The position numbers were made by a program, and so were the translations under genes. Shown here one piece after another: positions 38,476 to 48,167 of a stretch of 64,000 nucleotides of DNA. The stretch lies in IMG/VR virus record IMGVR_UViG_3300021599_001487. The stretch is one strand, 5' to 3'. The notes under the pieces were generated by a model, which worked only from the letters and a program-made list of their open reading frames with translations, was not told the origin of the DNA and made no database searches. The stretch's first letter is position 1; each line of letters starts with the position of its first letter. Source of the DNA: an uncultured virus (IMG/VR IMGVR_UViG_3300021599_001487) (taxonomy: Duplodnaviria; Heunggongvirae; Uroviricota; Caudoviricetes).

Positions 38476-40778
38476 AATATCTCTCCCTCTAGCTCGCCCA
38501 GCGAGTTGACGTACTGCTGGGCCTTGTCCGTCAATCGTATCCCGACGTATACACGTTTGCGCTCTCCGTTGGTCCTGATCTCCGTGTTCTCGATCGGCCT
38601 GTCCTGCACCGACGCCAAAAACTTCTTCTTGAACGAGAGGTCGTTGCCTGGGTGGATGCTCTTCTTGTGCGCCCAGTGCTTGTAGACCGCGAACAGCTCG
38701 TCCTTGTCGACCATGCCGCCCGGCTCGAATATCAGGACGTCCTCAATGAACGGCTTGAGCGGGTTGGACAGCTCCTCCATCACCTCCAGCAGCTCCAGGC
38801 CGCTCTTGGGTTGCAGGAAGTGCCCGCCGCGCGCAACGCGCCGGTGCTCGCCGACCATGGCCCAGTTGAAGATGCCAGAGAGCTCGCGCATGAGCTTGCT
38901 CGCGAGGTCCGTGTCCTCCTTGCCATAGAACGACTTAGTCATGCGCAGCACGACCATCCGCCCGGTGAGCGCGTTTGAGTTTTCTGTCAGCTGCAGTACC
39001 TCGTTGGAGTAGATCACGATCCTGGTCGGCAGGTAACCGTTCCACGACTCCTTGTTCTTGCGGTTTACAGTAACAGTGTCACCGCCAACAATACGCAGCA
39101 GCTGAGAAACAACAGCATTGCGATTTCGATCGGGCGCACGCGCGTCCGTAAACGATGCAAGTAATTTTCCAAGCCACGGCTGTAGGCCGAACGTGTCACA
39201 GAGCTCTCCCAGTTCCGGTGCCACGGTGTTGTGCTGCCCAAGCAGCGCCACCAGCACCTTGTTGATGGTCCCCTTGCCCGAGCGTCGGGGTCCGATTAGA
39301 TTAAAAAACTTCTGCTGCCGAGTGTCGCCGGAGAGTATGTAGCCAAAGATCTCCTGCAGGCACTGCACGGACTCCTCGTCTCCCTCCCACAGCTGCGACA
39401 GGAACGACTCCCACACAGGGCAGCTGGCCTCGGGCGAGTAGGCAAAGGGCAGGCTGTTCTGCGTAAAAAACCCCAGCGAGTGCGGCAAGAGCACGCCCTC
39501 CTCGAGGTGGAACAGCCCGTTCTCGAGCGATATCAGCTTGCCGGCCTCGGGCCTGCCGTTCTCATACCCCGACAGCCACACCGGTGGTTTGGTGTTGGGC
39601 GTGTTGCGCAGGTGGACGAGCGCCTTCGTGGCGTCCATCGCGGCCGATACCGTTGGCGGTGTCGGTGCGAACGGTATGACGTTGTTGCGGCGGTCTGTCT
39701 TCTTGCACTGGTCAAGAAACTTGTACGCCGCGGACCGGATCGTTGAGTCCTCGATCTGCTCGTAGTGCGTGCCCTTGTACACGTACCAGTCGTCGGCGTA
39801 GTGCACCAGACGGTATCCCTCCTCGGTGGTGTAGAGCGAGTCAAGAAACTGCCGTGCGTGGCTCATCGGCGCCGGGTCGAGGATGATCTCCCCGCGCTCC
39901 AGCGCCTCCAGCTTTTTTGCGGTGTTGACCTTGTAGATCAGCGACCGCAGGGTGGCGCCGCCGCCCTTGCTGAAGGTGTCCCACTTACGGTCGCACAGGC
40001 CGGGCGAGTACGATCCGCACTTGCCGTCGTTGTCAGACCAGCGGTCCCACAGCTCGAGCGCCTCGACGTCGCCGTTAAACTGATGGTGCAGGGCCATCCC
40101 GACCGTGATCCAGTCGCTGTATCCGCACTCGGGGTCGAAGTGTGGCAGGACCTCCGACTCTACCCTGGCCAGGTCGTACTCCTCTAGCGGGGCCCGGTAG
40201 TCTGCGAAGTCGTCGCCGGATCGTTTGACGGTCCTCTCGGGAACTAGTCCGGACAAGTCCTGTAGGTCGTTTGGTATGTCGCCGGAGACCTTGCGTCCGG
40301 TGACGGTGAAGTAGCGGCCCTTTGGGTAGACCTCGAGGCCCTTCTCGTGGTCGACGTGTGCGTAGCCCAGGTCCGCGCGGGTGAATATCTTGACGCCGGT
40401 CCCGGACGGGCTGACCTCCATGTAGCCCTCCAAAGAGCGCGCTATGGCCTCAGAATCGGGCCGTGTGAAGTCTCCCGTGTCGGGGTCTATGCAGTCGTCT
40501 AGGTCGATCCCCACCAGCCCGTCTGAGCCGTCGAATACGAACCCCACCCCGTCGAACCTGCCGCTCTGGTACGCGTTCTGGGCCGTTAAAAAGTCGGTCC
40601 AGGTCTTGGGGTCGTTGCTCTTGGCCGCGCGCCCGTCTGGCTGGACCGGAAGCTTCTTCCACTTCTTGCCGTCGTTGTCGACGATCTCGACGTAGTCCCA
40701 CAGGACCCACCTCGGGACCATCTTGAGCGCCATGGGTATCTCCTCGAAGGATACCGGCATTGCCTTTGGTTTGTTCAT
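38472..40778 (-). CDS. Primase-polymerase / PriCT-2 / D5-like SF3 helicase
   Basis: GIDLDDC, EVSPSGTG, RYFTVTG, W..VGMALH and Walker A GPRRSGKGT. Confidence 0.9.
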   Translation of the reverse strand: MNKPKAMPVSFEEIPMALKMVPRWVLWDYVEIVDNDGKKWKKLPVQPDGRAAKSNDPKTWTDFLTAQNAYQSGRFDGVGFVFDGSDGLVGIDLDDCIDPDTGDFTRPDSEAIARSLEGYMEVSPSGTGVKIFTRADLGYAHVDHEKGLEVYPKGRYFTVTGRKVSGDIPNDLQDLSGLVPERTVKRSGDDFADYRAPLEEYDLARVESEVLPHFDPECGYSDWITVGMALHHQFNGDVEALELWDRWSDNDGKCGSYSPGLCDRKWDTFSKGGGATLRSLIYKVNTAKKLEALERGEIILDPAPMSHARQFLDSLYTTEEGYRLVHYADDWYVYKGTHYEQIEDSTIRSAAYKFLDQCKKTDRRNNVIPFAPTPPTVSAAMDATKALVHLRNTPNTKPPVWLSGYENGRPEAGKLISLENGLFHLEEGVLLPHSLGFFTQNSLPFAYSPEASCPVWESFLSQLWEGDEESVQCLQEIFGYILSGDTRQQKFFNLIGPRRSGKGTINKVLVALLGQHNTVAPELGELCDTFGLQPWLGKLLASFTDARAPDRNRNAVVSQLLRIVGGDTVTVNRKNKESWNGYLPTRIVIYSNEVLQLTENSNALTGRMVVLRMTKSFYGKEDTDLASKLMRELSGIFNWAMVGEHRRVARGGHFLQPKSGLELLEVMEELSNPLKPFIEDVLIFEPGGMVDKDELFAVYKHWAHKKSIHPGNDLSFKKKFLASVQDRPIENTEIRTNGERKRVYVGIRLTDKAQQYVNSLGELEGEIF

Positions 40779-40857
40779 GATTCCTCTCTGTCTGCCGTAC
40801 TAATACAAAATTCCAGGGTCAATAACTTACACCGCAAAGTTAAAGTAAAGTCTTAGA

Positions 40858-40980
40858 TGCCGCAGGTAGCGCAGGTAGCGCGGGTCTATTCCATGTTAGT
40901 TGTACTTTTTTCATTTTCAAAAATCAAAAATAAATCAATTAACTGTGTTTAGACCTGCGCTACCCGCGCTACCCGCGGCA
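40858..40980. repeat. Inverted triplets of 9-bp iterons around an AT-rich spacer (candidate origin)
   Basis: TGCCGCAGGTAGCGCAGGTAGCGCGGGTC ... GACCTGCGCTACCCGCGCTACCCGCGGCA. Confidence 0.75.
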
Positions 40981-41046
40981 TTTGTCCGGACAAGTTACCG
41001 ATTGATCTGTCCCTTGTCCGTACAGGCTCACTGCATTGATATGTAC

Positions 41047-41636
41047 TCATCCGCCAGCCTGGCCGCGCGGAGGTAGATCTCGGTCGCTGCCAGTCCATGC
41101 TCGTGCTTCTCGAACAGCTTTTGCGCGGCGTCGGCGGCAGAAATTGCCTTCATAAACTCCAGTATCAGCTCTTGTCTTGTCTGCATAATTGACTCCTTGG
41201 TCAGTTAGTTGATGGGGGCGCAGCCCTTGCGCTTGAGTGAGACGATGGCCCACTGCCGAAACTCGTCCCGGCTGGATTGGTCCTGCTCCTCGTGTGGGTC
41301 CCACAGCACGTCCAGGACGTGCCGGCCGGTCTCTGCCTCTTCGGCGACGATCTTTACCATCTTGCCCTTGTCGTCGAATACCTCGGTCAGGCGGACCGGG
41401 CGCCAGTGTTGGTCATTCATAGACGCCCCCGCGTGCCGTGATGGCGTTGGCGGCGTACATGACCCCGTTCTTGGTGTCCCAGTTCTCGGACTTGGATAGC
41501 GCGCCCATAACGGCCGAGTGGCACTCCCTGCGCTCCAGGGTCGCGACCAAGGTGGCAAACGCGACCAGTGTCTCGGGGTCGGTGTCGCCTGGCATGCTGG
41601 CCCTCTCGGCCAGGTAGAGTATTTCCTTCCTGTTCA
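41047..41636 (-). other. Cluster of three small hypothetical genes
   Basis: MNRKEILY (from 41636), MNDQHW (from 41420) and MQTRQEL (from 41187), each with an RBS or overlap. Confidence 0.5.
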
Positions 41637-41674
41637 TTGAGTATTTCTCCTCACTTGGTTGAGTAAATTGTTTC

Positions 41675-42274
41675 TCACTCCTCGCTCTCCTCCTGAAACT
41701 TCTCCTGGTTGAACGACTCGAGCGATGTCGGCTCCCTGGCGATAAACCCACGCAGGTCCGCCAGTCGGGTGACGTGCACCTGCAGGCGGTCGGCGAGCTC
41801 TGCGTCGGTGGGGTCCCGGCCCATCTGCTGCGTCATGACCCGCTCGGTGTACTTCATGCGCCTGATCTCCTCGGCGATGTTGACCGGGACGCGGATCATG
41901 GACCACTCGTTGTCCAGGGCCCTGCGCACTCCCCTGACAATGAACGGCCTGGCGTAGGTCGCGAAGCGGGCCCCGTTCCTGGGGACCCACTTCCTGGCGG
42001 CCTTGAGCAGCGCCTCGTTGCCGATGGCCAGCAGGTCCTCGAACGGGACGTTGCCGTGGTGCCACTCCGGGGTCTCCTTGACGACGGAGACCACGAACCG
42101 CAGGTTGTGCCTTACCAGCTTCTCCAGGGCCCTGCCGTCGCCGGCCTGGACCATGCCGGCCAGCCTCTCCTCCTCCTCGAGCGGGAGGGGCTGCGATGAG
42201 TGCAGCCCGGACAGGTAGCCCGATATGCTGGACCTAGCCCCGCTCAAGTTTATACCCCGCCCACAAGATGCCAA
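41675..42274 (-). CDS. Sigma-70 family factor, regions 1.2-3 only
   Basis: YL.......L..EEE..LA, LV.HNLRFVVSV, GNE.L.KAA.K, RFATYA..., IRVP, R.PT..ELA and SL; stops before region 4. The real start may be the TTG at 42247. Confidence 0.85.
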   Translation of the reverse strand: MASCGRGINLSGARSSISGYLSGLHSSQPLPLEEEERLAGMVQAGDGRALEKLVRHNLRFVVSVVKETPEWHHGNVPFEDLLAIGNEALLKAARKWVPRNGARFATYARPFIVRGVRRALDNEWSMIRVPVNIAEEIRRMKYTERVMTQQMGRDPTDAELADRLQVHVTRLADLRGFIAREPTSLESFNQEKFQEESEE

Positions 42275-44000
42275 GACCGACCAGCATCATCAAATAGTTT
42301 TCCCAGTGCTCGCCGGTCGCCTGCAGCATTAGCCCGAAAATGAGCACCATGAGGCCGATGGCTTTCATAGCGACTCCATTCTCTTGGCGTACTCGACGCC
42401 GTTGATCCGGGCCACGTACTCAAAAGATCCGAGCGTGCCGGGCTTGACCTCGGTGCGTGCCGGTATGCGGTTGCCCCAGTAGTCGCGCGTGTGCTGCGTC
42501 CCGAGCAAACAGAAACCGTCGGTGAGTGCGTCCATCATGGTGCGGCCGTAGTGGCCCTGCAGCTGCCACGCGGTGAGGCTGTTGATGGCGCGCTGTAGCG
42601 CCTCATAGTGCTGTTGCTGGTCGTCGGCAAAGTTTTCGATTGCCTCGATGTCTGAGATGTTTAGCATGTCAATGTCCTTTCTGTTATGAGCCGAGGGCTA
42701 GGTGAATGATGCGCACCGGTAAATGGTTGGGGTGCACGCCCATGTCGTCCTTGCCCGAGTCGTAGTATCCCTCGAAAAAGTCGTGGTGTAAATCCCCCGT
42801 CGTTTGCTGCTGTTTTTTGGCGATGGCAAACAGCTGGCGCCATGTCGGGTTCAGTAACACCTTGGATCGGTATGGACGGCTCTGCTGGCCGCCGAAGAAT
42901 TCGCTGCGCTCTGACCTTACTTGGCACAGGCCCGTGAATGCGACGATGTTCTGCCGCATCCACCAGCACCCGATCTGTGGGTCGAAGACGCCGCGCTCGA
43001 AGTCGTGTGTGGAGACTGAGTACCTCATGGTGTTGCTCCTGTCGTGGTTGGTTAGATTATTTCGTATGAGCCGCGCACTGCCTTGGCCCATCGCCTGCCG
43101 TAGTCCTTGGCCTCCTGCTCGTACTGTGCCCCGCCGTACATCACCGCGGGCCACCATTTCTCGCCAAAGTCCTCGTGCTCTGCGTTGTCGTCGCCGTAGA
43201 CTACCCAGCTCCCGCCGTCGTAGGTTACGGTGATGATGGGCTCGGGCGGCTCCTCGATCTGCCACAGCTCGCTCTCGTCGTCGACGATGGTGAACGTGAT
43301 GGGTCCGATTGTTTTCTTGGTGATCATGTTGCGCTCCTGTTTAGTGTAGGTCCCACGGTCTCATGATGATCACGGCGGCCGCGAGTGCTGATAAGAGTAG
43401 TAGTTCGCCTAGCATGGTGTTGCTCCTGTTTGGTTGTTGGTGGGGGCGGGTGGGCAGTGGATCCCAATCAGCTCCGGCCGGGGTTTCAGTGCAGGGTTTG
43501 CTGCCTGCGCCGCTGTCCGGACCGTCATAGGCCACACTTTCCCGCCCCCGTTGGTCATGCCTCGATGCCCTGCTCACGTGCCGCGGCCATCACGATATTG
43601 CGCATGATGGGCTCGACGACTGGCATGATCCGGTCGAAGTCGATGTCGCGGTACCGGCCGCGCAGGCCGTAGCTGTACTTGTAGAAGTCGCTCACGCGGA
43701 CCTTGAACAGCCGCCTAAACTCAGGCCCGCGGTTGCATAGGCCGTTGTTGTATAGGTCGTAGTAGCAGTTCGAGGCTCGGCGGAAGCGCTCGAGTGCCTT
43801 GTTCTTGCGCGGCTGCTCCACCGGGCCCATGTCCGGCACCATCAGCACCAGCTGGTCCGCGATGTCCTGAAGGTCGCTGTCGTTGTTCCAAAATGATTGC
43901 ATGGTCATTCTCCTGTTGTGGTTATGGTGTTGGTGGGGCCATTCTCGCACGCGAGGCCCCTGGCGCGTAATGGTCCCGGGCTAGCCTCCCGGGAAGCGAA

Positions 44001-44267
44001 TTAGACGCCCTTGACCTCGAGTATTGTCTCGCGGTTCACGGCGCGGTAGGCGCCCTTTGAGACGTCGAAGACGGTGACGTAGCGCTCGTTGTCGAGCGTT
44101 GACTCGCCGCCCTTCAAGTGCTTCGTGACTTTCATGCGGCAGTTCATCTTGCGTATGGTGCCGTCCTTCTTGAGGAAGGTCACGGTGGCGAACCCTTTGG
44201 CCTGCTCAAGTTTTTTGGCCAGCGCGCGTGACTGGACGGGGTCGATCTTGATTCCGAAGTTTTGCAT
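44001..44267 (-). CDS. Small SH3/WYL-like beta-barrel protein
   Basis: F.TVTF.KKDG..R.M and V.VFD.....YR......I. Confidence 0.6.
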   Translation of the reverse strand: MQNFGIKIDPVQSRALAKKLEQAKGFATVTFLKKDGTIRKMNCRMKVTKHLKGGESTLDNERYVTVFDVSKGAYRAVNRETILEVKGV

Positions 44268-45833
44268 GGTAGTGCTCCTTGGTTGTGGTTGGTATCTTAC
44301 TGGTCTTTCGTGGGTACTTTCAAATGAATTTGTCGTCGTCCAGCCCCAGCCGGCGCAGGATCTCGTAGAGGTTTATCTTGGCCTTGATCTTGATGCCCAT
44401 CATCTGAACCTTGGGCTGTTGTTGTGTCGTTGTCATGGTGTTGCTCCTGTTATCGTCCAAAAAGTTTGGCCATTGTGCGCTCGAGAGTGGGAAGGCGCAA
44501 GCTGTCAGACTCTCGCCGGGCCTCTGCCACCTTGCGCTTGGCCCACTGGAACCCATGCCTGAGGGCCTCGTCGTACGACTCGTGGCTGTAGTAGCGCACG
44601 CTGCCGTTGCCGTAGCCCCTGCTCTTGGCCGTGACCTTGCCGTCGGCCCATAGCGTGATGTGGTAGTACATGCCCGTTGGCAGGCCATCGGCCCGCACGC
44701 GTGCCCTCATGCCGCCCATCGGCAGGACTGTCTCGATGAATTCAATCATGTTGCTGCTCCTATTTAAAATCCCAGCCGGAGGCCTCTAGTTCAATGGCCG
44801 AGGCCCTCGCGGCGCGGTTTAACTCGGACTGTGTCTGCCAGCCGAGGGTTGAGTGAAAGTAGATCTGTCGCATGTACTGCTCCACCATGCGGATCTTGTC
44901 GATGTCTGTGAGGCCGGTGGCCTTGGCGATGAGTCGCTGGTAGAGGTTCATGGCTGGGTCTCCTCTAGGATCTCGCGGCGCAGTGCCTCGAGGTCGTACT
45001 CGCCGTTCAGGACCTCGGCCAGCATGGCCATGGTCGAGTAGCTGGTGGCGTTGTGCTCGCCAAGGTACTGGCTGAGCATGCTGACGGTGATGGGTGTGGT
45101 GGGTGTGCTCATGGTGTGCTCCTGTCTTGGTTAGTCGGTGCTGCGGCCGGCGGCATAGTCGGCCTCGTACTGCTCGCTGCTGTACCAGCCCGAGATGATG
45201 GTGGGCTGGGGGCTGGTCGTGCCCTCGGCGGGCCGTGTCGATGCCAGCCGGGCGCGTCGCGCGTCGTACTCGGCCCTGATGGCCTCCTGCTGCTCGAAGT
45301 ACTCCTCGAAGATTTGGTCGATGGTCTTGGTCATGGTGGTTTCCCTTACTGTTCGATGGTCGTGATTTGGTACATCTCGTGGCCGATGGTGACGACGTTG
45401 GTGCCCTGCTGCAGCATCCAGTCGATCCAGTCCCTGTCGTCCTTGTCCCAGGCCTTGCTGTCGATGGGTGCGCTCTTAAACTGGCCCCAGCCCTCGGGGC
45501 CCTTGTAGTGGTAGGTAACGATTTGCATGGTCTGCTCCTGTGGTTGGTATCTTACTGGTTTTTCGTGGGTACTTTGAACAGGGCAAATACGTGGCTCCCT
45601 GCCAGACCCCCTGCAGTGTCAGTCCGGCCTCGAGGTAGGCCTTGTAGTAGTTTCCGAAGTAGGCCCCGCGCTTGAACCTGCGGCCGTGTTTGGAGAGCAG
45701 GGCGTGTGCCTCGGCGTAGGCCATGCCGGTGGCGTTGGCTAGCGCGCGTACGGTGCAGTCGTTGCGCTCGCGCTCGGACGATTGGCCGCTGCATGCGGGC
45801 AGGATGTAGTGAATCATGGTGTGCTCCTGTTGT

Positions 45834-45878
45834 GAAAGTGTACTGGCCGGGGAATTGAACCCCGGCCGCTGCACTCTC
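45834..45878 (-). ncRNA. Conserved intergenic hairpin, copy 1
   Basis: GAGAGUG-CAGC-GGCCGGGG-UUCAAUU-CCCCGGCC-AGUA-CACUUUC. Confidence 0.6.
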
Positions 45879-46274
45879 ATGCCTCCCGGCGGGATAGCAT
45901 AATGTCGCGAATGCTTTCGCGATCGACTGAGTCGCCGCACCACTCCAGGCTTGCGTCGGGGCGGGACGTCAGCTTGATGGCGATTGCCTCGAGTATTTCC
46001 TGTCTTGTGGCGCTCAAGTCGTACAGGCCCCCGGGCCCGTAGAACTCCAGCACGTAATCTACAAATTGCAGTGTGTCCGGCATGGTGTTGCTCCTGTTGT
46101 GGTTGGTGTCTTACTGGTTTTTCGTGGGTACTTTTACCTGCCAAACGAAAAACGTGCCACAAAAAACTAGGCGCGCGTACTCGATCGCCTCTCGTTTGGT
46201 CCTAAACTTTGGGCCTGTCGTTGTCTTGGTGTTGGTCCCTGCCAGCCAGTATGCCATGGTGATTCTCCTGTTGT

Positions 46275-46318
46275 GAAAGTGTACTGGACAGCCCCGTAGG
46301 GCTGGCCGCTGCACTCTC
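46275..46318 (-). ncRNA. Conserved intergenic hairpin, copy 2
   Basis: Same base stem and CAGC/AGUA internal loop as copy 1, with a different apical stem closed by UACG. Confidence 0.6.
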
Positions 46319-46320
46319 GA

Positions 46321-46927
46321 TTACGCCACGAGTTTGATCGGGATCACGCGATCGACGACGAAGCCCGAGACGTCGCGCTTGGCCTTGCCCTTGGCGTAGA
46401 GGGCCACGACGACTCCCTGCGGGTGTGCCACGGTCACGGAATACCACGGCCACGCGCATGCCGGCGCTGATGGCGCGCTTCGCGTACTCCGGGAAGGCAC
46501 CGACGCCGGACCACGAGAACGTCAGGTCATAATTGGCCGGGATGTCGCGGCGGTTGGCGATCTTGGTGTAGTCGTAGAACTGCACGCCGGGGAAGCGATC
46601 AAAAATGGTGCGCCCGTCGTCTGTCTTGATCGTCTCCCAGCGGATGTCTGTCGTGCCGTTCAGGCGCACGAGCGGGGTCATGCCCTTGCGTTTGGCGCTG
46701 CGGACCAGCCGCTCGATGTCGGCCACGAGCACGCGCATGAACGCGGCGCGCTGCTCGATAAAAAACCGGGCCTTGGACAGTCGTGCGCGCTGGACGTTGG
46801 ACATGGCGCCACGGCCGGCGCTGTTCAGGCAGGCCGCCTTGCACCCGGCCATGTCGGCCATGGGGCAGAGGTTGACGCCGGAGAGGTCCGCCGGGGCCAT
46901 GTACAGAATGCCTGTCATGAACCCGTA
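46321..46927 (-). pseudogene. Gp88-like gene, frameshifted
   Basis: TGILY.AP, CP.A..AGC..ACLN.AGRG, RLNGTTD and FYDYTK. The C-terminal VVVALYAKGKAKRD.SGFVV is in another frame. Confidence 0.65.
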
Positions 46928-46950
46928 TGGTGTGCTCCTGTTGTGGTTAT

Positions 46951-47002
46951 GCATCAGACCATCTCGCGATGGTTTCGGCCAATCAGGCCTCGTCAGTGAT
47001 GC
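46951..47002 (-). ncRNA. Type I hammerhead ribozyme
   Basis: GCAUCA CUGACGA GGCC-UGAUU-GGCC GAAA CCAUC-GCGA-GAUGG UC UGAUGC: complete core and GUC cleavage triplet. Confidence 0.93.
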
Positions 47003-47206
47003 TCAGTCGTTCCAAAATTCTACCGTGGGCTCGCCGCGCAGCACGCCCAGCACTGATATGCCGTCGCTGTCGTCCCAGCCCCAGTCCTCGGCGCACTGCT
47101 CTTTGCCCTTCTCTGCCGCCTCGTATGGGTCTGCTGCCTGTACGTGATCAATCCATGTGGTGCCAAAGCTGCCGGCCTCTCTGCAGAATACTGTGTACGT
47201 TGCCAT
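47003..47206 (-). CDS. Small acidic hypothetical protein flanked by hammerheads
   Basis: MATYTVFCREAG..GTTWI..V.A...; RBS CAGGAG; 67 aa. Confidence 0.7.
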   Translation of the reverse strand: MATYTVFCREAGSFGTTWIDHVQAADPYEAAEKGKEQCAEDWGWDDSDGISVLGVLRGEPTVEFWND

Positions 47207-47229
47207 GGTGTTGCTCCTGTTGTGGTTAT

Positions 47230-47281
47230 GCATCAGACCCGCCGCAGCGGGTTTCGGCCAATCAGGCCTCGTCAGTGATGC
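47230..47281 (-). ncRNA. Type I hammerhead ribozyme
   Basis: GCAUCA CUGACGA GGCC-UGAUU-GGCC GAAA CCCGC-UGCG-GCGGG UC UGAUGC. Confidence 0.93.
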
Positions 47282-47962
47282 TGGCGCTGTTATACGCAGT
47301 AGCCCTCGCCGCGCAAAAATTTCGCAAGGGTTTCCGGTTCGATGTCCACCTCGTCGCAGAGGATGTCGAGGGGACAGCCTTTGTCCCATAGCTCGATGAT
47401 TCGTGCCTGAATGATGCTGGTCATTCTACTTCAGAGACGCCCACGCCGTTGGCGCGAAGCCATGCCAAACACGGCGCCGGCACTTCGTACATGCCCTCAT
47501 AGTCGAAGGCCTGTTTGGTGGCCGGGTCCACGTCCACCCGGACGGCGCGCTCGTCGCCGAATTGCTCGTGCTCGAAGTAGTAGCCCTCGCCGTCGTCGCA
47601 CTGGTAGACGGTGTACTTTCCTGCCATTCCAAGACTGTCTCTGCTCATGTCGTGCTCCTGTTGGTTGTGGTTGGTGTTTCCATCTTACTGGTTTTTCGTG
47701 GGTACTTTTGGGGCGCGGGCCGCTCTCTGATGGCCGATCAATGCGCTACCCCAGCGCCGAGGCCTCGCACGCGCGTTTTTAGCCCCGCTGGCGGGCTGGC
47801 GCGCTGCCGGGTACCCCTGCCCTTGGCTGGCTGTGGATATCCCCGTGGTGGCCGTTTTCCTGCATGGTGAAATGCTGGCGCCCGCCCCGCCACTTTGGCA
47901 CGATACTTGCTAGGGCAAGATGCGTGCCTGCGCAACATGGCACGATTCTTGCATGCCGGCAT

Positions 47963-48167
47963 GTTAGTGAGCGCACACTGACATATTGCGCGGCACCAAA
48001 TAGGTTAGTGTGCGCACACTGGGGGTGCTGCGGTGCGGCATATAGGTTAGTGAGCGCTCGCTGGGGCTGGTGCGTTGCGACATTGCTGCGCTGCACAATG
48101 TTAGTGGGCGCTTACTAACATGGTGCGGTGCAACATCGGCAGGGCGGGCTTTTGCTGCGGTGCGTCA
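47963..48167. promoter_or_regulatory. Array of palindromic operator-like repeats
   Basis: GTTAGTGRGCGCNYACT-like sites at 47963, 48004, 48046 and 48100, interleaved with TGNTGCGNTGCRNCA repeats. Confidence 0.65.

Larger units (their letters stand above)
42365..47648 (-). other. Array of about 20 small early (host-takeover-type) genes, most with an A/C-rich leader and CAGGAG RBS
   Basis: Short ORFs such as 42365-42667, 43052-43327, 43555-43902, 44450-44749, 44760-44951, 45131-45334, 45346-45528, 45877-46083, 47290-47424 and 47421-47648. Confidence 0.7.
44295..47708 (-). repeat. Four copies of a 26-bp element AAAGTACCCACGAAA(A/G)ACCAGTAAGA upstream of early gene leaders
   Basis: Copies at 44295-44320, 45550-45575, 46109-46134 and 47683-47708. 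Confidence 0.9.

Noticed and set aside
45845..45867. GGTTCAATTCC T-loop-like hairpin as a tRNA gene
   Set aside because: No D arm, anticodon arm or CCA end; it is the apical stem of the duplicated hairpin element.
44295..47708. 26-bp repeats as a CRISPR array
   Set aside because: Spacing is 0.5-1.6 kb and irregular, with whole genes in between; no cas operon.
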